NCBI RefSeq assembly: GCF_009914755.1
Contig: NC_060947.1
Strand: one strand, 5' to 3'
Origin: the human T2T-CHM13v2.0 reference genome, Homo sapiens
DNA length: 64,000 nucleotides
A program made the position numbers and the translations under genes. Of this stretch, positions 50,801-62,800 are shown piece after piece. The notes below the pieces were generated by a model. The model did no database searches. It was not told where the DNA came from and worked only from the letters and a program-made list of their open reading frames with translations. Each line of letters starts with the position of its first letter. Positions within the stretch are counted from its first letter, which is position 1.

Positions 50801-53800
50801 GCTGTTTCAGAAGGAATCTTCAACTCTGTGAGTTGAATGCAATCATCACAAAGAAGTTTCTGACAATGCTTCTCTCTCGTCTTTCTGTGAAGATAAAGGA
50901 AAAGGCTTTCAGGCCTTTTCCACCACAGGCCTGAAAGCGCTCCAAATGTCCACTTGCAGATTCTGCGAAAAGAATATTTCAAAACTGCTCTATGAAAAGC
51001 AATGTTAAACTCTGTGGCTCGAACACAAACATCACAAAGCAGTTTCTGAGAATGATTCAGTTTAGTTTTTCTGTGGAAATATTCCCGTTTCCAAAGAAAT
51101 CTTCAAAGAGGTCCACGTATCCACTTACAGATTCTACAAAAAGACAGTTTCAAAACTGCTCCATCAAAAGGAGGGTTCAACTGTGTGACTTGAATGCAAT
51201 CATCACTCAGAAGTTTCTGAGAATGCTTCTCTTTAGTTTTTACGTGAACATATACCCGTTTCGAACGAAGGCCACCCAGTGGTCCAAATATCCACTTGCA
51301 GATTCTACAGAAAGAGTGTTTCGAACATGAACTCTCAAAGGCAGGTTCATCTCTGCGAGTTAAATGCATTCATCATGAAGAACTTTCTCAGAGTGTTTGT
51401 GTTTAGTTATGGGAAATTATTCCCGTTTCCAACGAAATCCTCAGAGAGCTCCAAATATCCACCTGCAGATTCTACCAAAAGTGTATTTGGAAACTGCTCC
51501 ATCAAAAGGCATGTTCTGCTCTGTGAGTGAAACTCCATCATCACAAAGAATATTCTGAGAATGCTTCCGTTTGCCTTTTATATGAAGTTCCTTCCTATAC
51601 GACCGTAGGCCTCAAAGCAGTCCAAATCTCCATTTGCAGATTCTACAAAAAGAGTGATTCCAATCTGCTCTATCAATAGGATTGTTCAACTCCATGAGTT
51701 GAATGCCATCCTCACAAAGTAGTTTCTGAGAATGCTTCTATCTAGTTTTTATGTGAAGATATTTCCTTTTCCACCGCAGGCCTCAAATCCCTCCAAACGT
51801 CCACTTGCAGATTCTCGAAAAAGAGTGTTTCATAGCTGCTCTTTCAAAAGGAAAGTTCAACTCTGGGAGTTGAATACAAACATCACAAAGTAGTTTCCGA
51901 GAATGCTTCTGTTTAGTTTTTATGTGAAGATGATCCCATTTCCAGTGAAATCTTCAAAGAGGTCCACATATCCCCTTGCAGATTCCAAAGAAAGAGGGTT
52001 TCAAAACTGCTCCATCAGAAGGATTGTTCAACTCTGTGAGTTGAATGCAGTCATCGCAGAAAACTTTCTGAGAATGCTTCTGTCTAGGTTTGATGTGAAG
52101 ATATAGACGTTTCAAACGAAGGCTACAAAGTGGTCAAAATATACACTTGCAGATTCTACTACAAGGGTGTTGCAAACCTGAACTATCAAAGGAAGGTTCA
52201 ACTCTGTGAGTTGAATACAAACATCACAAAGAATGTTCTGAGTTTGCTTCCGTTCAGTTATGGGAAGTTGATCCCGTTTCCAACGAAATCCTCAGAGAGG
52301 TCCAAATATCCCCTTGCAGATTCTACAAAACGTGTGTTTGGAAACTGCTCCATCATAACGAATGTTCAGCTCCCTGAGTTAAACTCCATCGTCACAAAGA
52401 ATTTTCTGAGAGTGCTACCGTCTGGTTTTTATATGAAGTTCTTTCCTTCACTACCACAGGCCTCAAAGCGGTCCAAATCTCCACTTGCAGATTCTACAAA
52501 AAGAGAGTTTGCAAACTGCTCTATCAAAAGGAATGTTCAACTCTGGGAGTTGAATGCAATCATCACAGAGCAGTTTCTGAGAATGCTTCTATGTCGTTTT
52601 TAGGAGAAGATATTTCCTTTTCCAACACAGTCCTCCAAGCCCGCTAAATAGCCACTTGCACATTGTAGAAAAAGTGTGTCAAAGCTGCGCTATCAAAGGG
52701 AAAGTTCAACTCTGTGAGGTGAATGCAAACATCCCAAAGAAGTTTCTGAGAATGCTTCCGTTTAGCTTTTAGGTGAAGATTATCCCGTTTCCAACGAAAC
52801 CTTCAAAGAGGTCCAAATATCCCCTTGCGGATCCCACAGAAAGAGTGTTTCGAAACTGCTGTTTCAAAAGGAATCTTCAACTCTGTGAGTTGAATGCAAT
52901 CATCACAAAGAAGTTTCTGACAATGCTTCTCTCTCGTCTTTCTGTGAAGATAAAGGAAAAGGCTTTCAGGCCTTTTCCACCACAGGCCTGAAAGCGCTCC
53001 AAATGTCCACTTGCAGATTCTGCCAAAAGAATATTTCAAAACTGCTCTATGAAAAGCAATGTTAAACTCTGTGGCTCGAACACAAACATCACAAAGCAGT
53101 TTCTGAGAATGATTCAGTTTAGTTTTTCTGTGGAAATATTCCCGTTTCCAAAGAAATCTTCAAAGAGGTCCACGTATCCACTTACAGATTCTACAAAAAG
53201 ACAGTTTCAAAACTGCTCCATCAAAAGGAGGGTTCAACTGTGTGACTTGAATGCAATCATCACTCAGAAGTTTCTGAGAATGCTTCTCTTTAGTTTTTAC
53301 GTGAACATATACCCGTTTCGAACGAAGGCCACCCAGTGGTCCAAATATCCACTTGCAGATTCTACAGAAAGAGTGTTTCGAACATGAACTCTCAAAGGCA
53401 GGTTCATCTCTGCGAGTTAAATGCATTCATCATGAAGAACTTTCTCAGAGTGTTTGTGTTTAGTTATGGGAAATTATTCCCGTTTCCAACGAAATCCTCA
53501 GAGAGCTCCAAATATCCACCTGCAGATTCTACCAAAAGTGTATTTGGAAACTGCTCCATCAAAAGGCATGTTCCGCTCTGTGAGTGAAACTCCATCATCA
53601 CAAAGAATATTCTGAGAATGCTTCCGTTTGCCTTTTATATGAAGTTCCTTCCTATACGACCGTAGGCCTCAAAGCAGTCCAAATCTCCATTTGCAGATTC
53701 TACAAAAAGAGTGATTCCAATCTGCTCTATCAATAGGATTGTTCAACTCCATGAGTTGAATGCCATCCTCACAAAGTAGTTTCTGAGAATGCTTCTATCT

Positions 53801-56800
53801 AGTTTTTATGTGAAGATATTTCCTTTTCCACCACAGGCCTCAAATCCCTCCAAACGTCCACTTGCAGATTCTCGAAAAAGAGTGTTTCATAGCTGCTCTT
53901 TCAAAAGGAAAGTTCAACTCTGGGAGTTGAATACAAACATCACAAAGTAGTTTCCGAGAATGCTTCTGTTTAGTTTTTATGTGAAGATGATCCCGTTTCC
54001 AGTGAAATCTTCAAAGAGGTCCACATATCCCCTTGCAGATTCCAAAGAAAGAGGGTTTCAAAACTGCTCCATCAGAAGGATTGTTCAACTCTGTGAGTTG
54101 AATGCAGTCATCGCAGAAAACTTTCTGAGAATGCTTCTGTCTAGGTTTGATGTGAAGATATAGACGTTTCAAACGAAGGCTACAAAGTGGTCAAAATATA
54201 CACTTGCAGATTCTACTACAAGGGTGTTGCAAACCTGAACTATCAAAGGAAGGTTCAACTCTGTGAGTTGAATACAAACATCACAAAGAATGTTCTGAGT
54301 TTGCTTCCGTTCAGTTATGGGAAGTTGATCCCGTTTCCAACGAAATCCTCAGAGAGGTCCAAATATCCCCTTGCAGATTCTACAAAACGTGTGTTTGGAA
54401 ACTGCTCCATCATAACGAATGTTCAGCTCCCTGAGTTAAACTCCATCGTCACAAAGAATTTTCTGAGAGTGCTACCGTCTGGTTTTTATATGAAGTTCTT
54501 TCCTTCACTACCACAGGCCTCAAAGCGGTCCAAATCTCCACTTGCAGATTCTACAAAAAGAGAGTTTGCAAACTGCTCTATCAAAAGGAATGTTCAACTC
54601 TGGGAGTTGAATGCAATCATCACAGAGCAGTTTCTGAGAATGCTTCTATGTCGTTTTTAGGAGAAGATATTTCCTTTTCCAACACAGTCCTCCAAGCCCG
54701 CTAAATAGCCACTTGCACATTGTAGAAAAAGTGTGTCAAAGCTGCGCTATCAAAGGGAAAGTTCAACTCTGTGAGGTGAATGCAAACATCCCAAAGAAGT
54801 TTCTGAGAATGCTTCCGTTTAGCTTTTAGGTGAAGATTATCCCGTTTCCAACGAAACCTTCAAAGAGGTCCAAATATCCCCTTGCGGATCCCACAGAAAG
54901 AGTGTTTCGAAACTGCTGTTTCAAAAGGAATCTTCAACTCTGTGAGTTGAATGCAATCATCACAAAGAAGTTTCTGACAATGCTTCTCTCTCGTCTTTCT
55001 GTGAAGATAAAGGAAAAGGCTTTCAGGCCTTTTCCACCACAGGCCTGAAAGCGCTCCAAATGTCCACTTGCAGATTCTACCAAAAGAATATTTCAAAACT
55101 GCTCTATGAAAAGCAATGTTAAACTCTGTGGCTCGAACACAAACATCACAAAGCAGTTTCTGAGAATGATTCAGTTTAGTTTTTCTGTGGAAATATTCCC
55201 GTTTCCAAAGAAATCTTCAAAGAGGTCCACGTATCCACTTACAGATTCTACAAAAAGACAGTTTCAAAACTGCTCCATCAAAAGGAGGGTTCAACTGTGT
55301 GACTTGAATGCAATCATCACTCAGAAGTTTCTGAGAATGCTTCTCTTTAGTTTTTACGTGAACATATACCCGTTTCGAACGAAGGCCACCCAGTGGTCCA
55401 AATATCCACTTGCAGATTCTACAGAAAGAGTGTTTCGAACATGAACTCTCAAAGGCAGGTTCATCTCTGCGAGTTAAATTCATTCATCATGAAGAACTTT
55501 CTCAGAGTGTTTGTGTTTAGTTATGGGAAATTATTCCCGTTTCCAACGAAATCCTCAGAGAGCTCCAAATATCCACCTGCAGATTCTACCAAAAGTGTAT
55601 TTGGAAACTGCTCCATCAAAAGGCATGTTCCGCTCTGTGAGTGAAACTCCATCATCACAAAGAATATTCTGAGAATGCTTCCGTTTGCCTTTTATATGAA
55701 GTTCCTTCCTATACGACCGTAGGCCTCAAAGCAGTCCAAATCTCCATTTGCAGATTCTACAAAAAGAGTGACTCCAATCTGCTCTATCAATAGGATTGTT
55801 CAACTCCATGAGTTGAATGCCATCCTCACAAAGTCGTTTCTGAGAATGCTTCTATCTAGTTTTTATGTGAAGATATTTCCTTTTCCACCACAGGCCTCAA
55901 ATCCCTCCAAACGTCCACTTGCAGATTCTCGAAAAAGAGTGTTTCATAGCTGCTCTTTCAAAAGGAAAGTTCAACTCTGGGAGTTGAATACAAACATCAC
56001 AAAGTAGTTTCCGAGAATGCTTCTGTTTAGTTTTTATGTGAAGATGATCCCGTTTCCAGTGAAATCTTCAAAGAGGTCCACATATCCCCTTGCAGATTCC
56101 AAAGAAAGAGGGTTTCAAAACTGCTCCATCAGAAGGATTGTTCAACTCTGTGAGTTGAATGCAGTCATCGCAGAAAACTTTCTGAGAATGCTTCTGTCTA
56201 GGTTTGATGTGAAGATATAGACGTTTCAAACGAAGGCTACAAAGTGGTCAAAATATACACTTGCAGATTCTACTACAAGGGTGTTGCAAACCTGAACTAT
56301 CAAAGGAAGGTTCAACTCTGTGAGTTGAATACAAACATCACAAAGAATGTTCTGAGTTTGCTTCCGTTCAGTTATGGGAAGTTGATCCCGTTTCCAACGA
56401 AATCCTCAGAGAGGTCCAAATATCCCCTTGCAGATTCTACAAAACGTGTGTTTGGAAACTGCTCCATCATAACGAATGTTCAGCTCCCTGAGTTAAACTC
56501 CATCGTCACAAAGAATTTTCTGAGAGTGCTACCGTCTGGTTTTTATATGAAGCTCTTTCCTTCACTACCACAGGCCTCAAAGCGGTCCAAATCTCCACTT
56601 CCAGATTCTACAAAAAGAGTGTTTGCAAACTGCTCTATCAAAAGGAATGTTCAACTCTGGGAGTTGAATGCAATCATCACAGAGCAGTTTCTGAGAATGC
56701 TTCTATGTCGTTTTTAGGAGAAGATATTTCCTTTTCCAACACAGTCCTCCAAGCCCGCTAAATAGCCACTTGCACATTGTAGAAAAAGTGTGTCAAAGCT

Positions 56801-59800
56801 GCGCTATCAAAGGGAAAGTTCAACTCTGTGAGGTGAATGCAAACATCCCAAAGAAGTTTCTGAGAATGCTTCCGTTTAGCTTTTAGGTGAAGATTATCCC
56901 GTTTCCAACGAAACCTTCCAAGAGGTCCAAATATCCCCTTGCGGATCCCACAGAAAGAGTGTTTCGAAACTGCTGTTTCAAAAGGAATCTTCAACTCTGT
57001 GAGTTGAATGCAATCATCACAAAGAAGTTTCTGACAATGCTTCTCTCTCGTCTTTCTGTGAAGATAAAGGAAAAGGCTTTCAGGCCTTTTCCACCACAGG
57101 CCTGAAAGCGCTCCAAATGTCCACTTGCAGATTCTGCGAAAAGAATATTTCAAAACTGCTCTATGAAAAGCAATGTTAAACTCTGTGGCTCGAACACAAA
57201 CATCACAAAGCAGTTTCTGAGAATGATTCAGTTTAGTTTTTCTGTGGAAATATTCCCGTTTCCAAAGAAATCTTCAAAGAGGTCCACGTATCCACTTACA
57301 GATTCTACAAAAAGACAGTTTCAAAACTGCTCCATCAAAAGGAGGGTTCAACTGTGTGACTTGAATGCAATCATCACTCAGAAGTTTCTGAGAATGCTTC
57401 TCTTTAGTTTTTACGTGAACATATACCCGTTTCGAACGAAGGCCACCCAGTGGTCCAAATATCCACTTGCAGATTCTACAGAAAGAGTGTTTCGAACATG
57501 AACTCTCAAAGGCAGGTTCATCTCTGCGAGTTAAATGCATTCATCATGAAGAACTTTCTCAGAGTGTTTGTGTTTAGTTATGGGAAATTATTCCCGTTTC
57601 CAACGAAATCCTCAGAGAGCTCCAAATATCCACCTGCAGATTCTACCAAAAGTGTATTTGGAAACTGCTCCATGAAAAGGCATGTTCCGCTCTGTGAGTG
57701 AAACTCCATCATCACAAAGAATATTCTGAGAATGCTTCCGTTTGCCTTTTATATGAAGTTCCTTCCTATACGACCGTAGGCCTCAAAGCAGTCCAAATCT
57801 CCATTTGCAGATTCTACAAAAAGAGTGATTCCAATCTGCTCTATCAATAGGATTGTTCAACTCCATGAGTTGAATGCCATCCTCACAAAGTCGTTTCTGA
57901 GAATGCTTCTATCTAGTTTTTATGTGAAGATATTTCCTTTTCCACCACAGGCCTCAAAGCCCTCCAAACGTCCACTTGCAGATTCTCGAAAAAGAGTGTT
58001 TCATAGCTGCTCTTTCAAAAGGAAAGTTCAACTCTGGGAGTTGAATACAAACATCACAAAGTAGTTTCCGAGAATGCTTCTGTTTAGTTTTTATGTGAAG
58101 ATGATCCCGTTTCCAGTGAAATCTTCAAAGAGGTCCACATATCCCCTTGCAGATTCCAAAGAAAGAGGGTTTCAAAACTGCTCCATCAGAAGGATTGTTC
58201 AACTCTGTGAGTTGAATGCAGTCATCGCAGAAAACTTTCTGAGAATGCTTCTGTCTAGGTTTGATGTGAAGATATAGACGTTTCAAACGAAGGCTACAAA
58301 GTGGTCAAAATATACACTTGCAGATTCTACTACAAGGGTGTTGCAAACCTGAACTATCAAAGGAAGGTTCAACTCTGTGAGTTGAATACAAACATCACAA
58401 AGAATGTTCTGAGTTTGCTTCCGTTCAGTTATGGGAAGTTGATCCCGTTTCCAACGAAATCCTCAGAGAGGTCCAAATATCCCCTTGCAGATTCTACAAA
58501 ACGTGTGTTTGGAAACTGCTCCATCATAACGAATGTTCAGCTCCCTGAGTTAAACTCCATCGTCACAAAGAATTTTCTGAGAGTGCTACCGTCTGGTTTT
58601 TATATGAAGTTCTTTCCTTCACTACCACAGGCCTCAAAGCGGTCCAAATCTCCACTTGCAGATTCTACAAAAAGAGAGTTTGCAAACTGCTCTATCAAAA
58701 GGAATGTTCAACTCTGGGAGTTGAATGCAATCATCACAGAGCAGTTTCTGAGAATGCTTCTATGTCGTTTTTAGGAGAAGATATTTCCTTTTCCAACACA
58801 GTCCTCCAAGCCCGCTAAATAGCCACTTGCACATTGTAGAAAAAGTGTGTCAAAGCTGCGCTATCAAAGGGAAAGTTCAACTCTGTGAGGTGAATGCAAA
58901 CATCCCAAAGAAGTTTCTGAGAATGCTTCCGTTTAGCTTTTAGGTGAAGATTATCCCGTTTCCAACGAAACCTTCCAAGAGGTCCAAATATCCCCTTGCG
59001 GATCCCACAGAAAGAGTGTTTCGAAACTGCTGTTTCAAAAGGAATCTTCAACTCTGTGAGTTGAATGCAATCATCACAAAGAAGTTTCTGACAATGCTTC
59101 TCTCTCGTCTTTCTGTGAAGATAAAGGAAAAGGCTTTCAGGCCTTTTCCACCACAGGCCTGAAAGCGCTCCAAATGTCCACTTGCAGATTCTGCGAAAAG
59201 AATATTTCAAAACTGCTCTATGAAAAGCAATGTTAAACTCTGTGGCTCGAACACAAACATCACAAAGCAGTTTCTGAGAATGATTCAGTTTAGTTTTTCT
59301 GTGGAAATATTCCCGTTTCCAAAGAAATCTTCAAAGAGGTCCACGTATCCACTTACAGATTCTACAAAAAGACAGTTTCAAAACTGCTCCATCAAAAGGA
59401 GGGTTCAACTGTGTGACTTGAATGCAATCATCACTCAGAAGTTTCTGAGAATGCTTCTCTTTAGTTTTTACGTGAACATATACCCGTTTCGAACGAAGGC
59501 CACCCAGTGGTCCAAATATCCACTTGCAGATTTTACAGAAAGAGTGTTTCGAACATGAACTCTCAAAGGCAGGTTCATCTCTGCGAGTTAAATGCATTCA
59601 TCATGAAGAACTTTCTCAGAGTGTTTGTGTTTAGTTATGGGAAATTATTCCCGTTTCCAACGAAATCCTCAGAGAGCTCCAAATATCCACCTGCAGATTC
59701 TACCAAAAGTGTATTTGGAAACTGCTCCATCAAAAGGCATGTTCCGCTCTGTGAGTGAAACTCCATCATCACAAAGAATATTCTGAGAATGCTTCCGTTT

Positions 59801-62800
59801 GCCTTTTATATGAAGTTCCTTCCTATACGACCGTAGGCCTCAAAGCAGTCCAAATCTCCATTTGCAGATTCTACAAAAAGAGTGATTCCAATCTGCTCTA
59901 TCAATAGGATTGTTCAACTCCATGAGTTGAATGCCATCCTCACAAAGTCGTTTCTGAGAATGCTTCTATCTAGTTTTTATGTGAAGATATTTCCTTTTCC
60001 ACCACAGGCCTCAAAGCCCTCCAAACGTCCACTTGCAGATTCTCGAAAAAGAGTCTTTCATAGCTGCTCTTTCAAAAGGAAAGTTCAACTCTGGGAGTTG
60101 AATACAAACATCACAAAGTAGTTTCCGAGAATGCTTCTGTTTAGTTTTTATGTGAAGATGATCCCGTTTCCAGTGAAATCTTCAAAGAGGTCCACATATC
60201 CCCTTGCAGATTCCAAAGAAAGAGGGTTTCAAAACTGCTCCATCAGAAGGATTGTTCAACTCTGTGAGTTGAATGCAGTCATCGCAGAAAACTTTCTGAG
60301 AATGCTTCTGTCTAGGTTTGATGTGAAGATATAGACGTTTCAAACGAAGGCTACAAAGTGGTCAAAATATACACTTGCAGATTCTACTACAAGGGTGTTG
60401 CAAACCTGAACTATCAAAGGAAGGTTCAACTCTGTGAGTTGAATACAAACATCACAAAGAATGTTCTGAGTTTGCTTCCGTTCAGTTATGGGAAGTTGAT
60501 CCCGTTTCCAACGAAATCCTCAGAGAGGTCCAAATATCCCCTTGCAGATTCTACAAAACGTGTGTTTGGAAACTGCTCCATCATAACGAATGTTCAGCTC
60601 CCTGAGTTAAACTCCATCGTCACAAAGAATTTTCTGAGAGTGCTACCGTCTGGTTTTTATATGAAGTTCTTTCCTTCACTACCACAGACCTCAAAGCGGT
60701 CCAAATCTCCACTTGCAGATTCTACAAAAAGAGTGTTTGCAAACTGCTCTATCAAAAGGAATGTTCAACTCTGGGAGTTGAATGCAATCATCACAGAGCA
60801 GTTTCTGAGAATGCTTCTATGTCGTTTTTAGGAGAAGATATTTCCTTTTCCAACACAGTCCTCCAAGCCCGCTAAATAGCCACTTGCACATTGTAGAAAA
60901 AGTGTGTCAAAGCTGCGCTATCAAAGGGAAAGTTCAACTCTGTGAGGTGAATGCAAACATCCCAAAGAAGTTTCTGAGAATGCTTCCGTTTAGCTTTTAG
61001 GTGAAGATTATCCCGTTTCCAACGAAACCTTCAAAGAGGTCCAAATATCCCCTTGCGGATCCCACAGAAAGAGTGTTTCGAAACTGCTGTTTCAAAAGGA
61101 ATCTTCAACTCTGTGAGTTGAATGCAATCATCACAAAGAAGTTTCTGACAATGCTTCTCTCTCGTCTTTCTGTGAAGATAAAGGAAAAGGCTTTCAGGCC
61201 TTTTCCACCACAGGCCTGAAAGCGCTCCAAATGTCCACTTGCAGATTCTGCGAAAAGAATATTTCAAAACTGCTCTATGAAAAGCAATGTTAAACTCTGT
61301 GGCTCGAACACAAACATCACAAAGCAGTTTCTGAGAATGATTCAGTTTAGTTTTTCTGTGGAAATATTCCCGTTTCCAAAGAAATCTTCAAAGAGGTCCA
61401 CGTATCCACTTACAGATTCTACAAAAAGACAGTTTCAAAACTGCTCCATCAAAAGGAGGGTTCAACTGTGTGACTTGAATGCAATCATCACTCAGAAGTT
61501 TCTGAGAATGCTTCTCTTTAGTTTTTACGTGAACATATACCCGTTTCGAACGAAGGCCACCCAGTGGTCCAAATATCCACTTGCAGATTCTACAGAAAGA
61601 GTGTTTCGAACATGAACTCTCAAAGGCAGGTTCATCTCTGCGAGTTAAATGCATTCATCATGAAGAACTTTCTCAGAGTGTTTGTGTTTAGTTATGGGAA
61701 ATTATTCCCGTTTCCAACGAAATCCTCAGAGAGCTCCAAATATCCACCTGCAGATTCTACCAAAAGTGTATTTGGAAACTGCTCCATCAAAAGGCATGTT
61801 CCGCTCTGTGAGTGAAACTCCATCATCACAAAGAATATTCTGAGAATGCTTCCGTTTGCCTTTTATATGAAGTTCCTTCCTATACGACCGTAGGCCTCAA
61901 AGCAGTCCAAATCTCCATTTGCAGATTCTACAAAAAGAGTGATTCCAATCTGCTCTATCAATAGGATTGTTCAACTCCATGAGTTGAATGCCATCCTCAC
62001 AAAGTCGTTTCTGAGAATGCTTCTATCTAGTTTTTATGTGAAGATATTTCCTTTTCCACCACAGGCCTCAAAGCCCTCCAAACGTCCACTTGCAGATTCT
62101 CGAAAAAGAGTGTTTCATAGCTGCTCTTTCAAAAGGAAAGTTCAACTCTGGGAGTTGAATACAAACATCACAAAGTAGTTTCCGAGAATGCTTCTGTTTA
62201 GTTTTTATGTGAAGATGATCCCGTTTCCAGTGAAATCTTCAAAGAGGTCCACATATCCCCTTGCAGATTCCAAAGAAAGAGGGTTTCAAAACTGCTCCAT
62301 CAGAAGGATTGTTCAACTCTGTGAGTTGAATGCAGTCATCGCAGAAAACTTTCTGAGAATGCTTCTGTCTAGGTTTGATGTGAAGATATAGACGTTTCAA
62401 ACGAAGGCTACAAAGTGGTCAAAATATACACTTGCAGATTCTACTACAAGGGTGTTGCAAACCTGAACTATCAAAGGAAGGTTCAACTCTGTGAGTTGAA
62501 TACAAACATCACAAAGAATGTTCTGAGTTTGCTTCCGTTCAGTTATGGGAAGTTGATCCCGTTTCCAACGAAATCCTCAGAGAGGTCCAAATATCCCCTT
62601 GCAGATTCTACAAAACGTGTGTTTGGAAACTGCTCCATCATAACGAATGTTCAGCTCCCTGAGTTAAACTCCATCGTCACAAAGAATTTTCTGAGAGTGC
62701 TACCGTCTGGTTTTTATATGAAGTTCTTTCCTTCACTACCACAGACCTCAAAGCGGTCCAAATCTCCACTTGCAGATTCTACAAAAAGAGTGTTTGCAAA

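Noticed and set aside
56758-59210. Longer 131-aa minus-strand ORFs in HOR28 and HOR29
   Set aside because: They result from a single substitution that removes a stop codon, with no coding signal.
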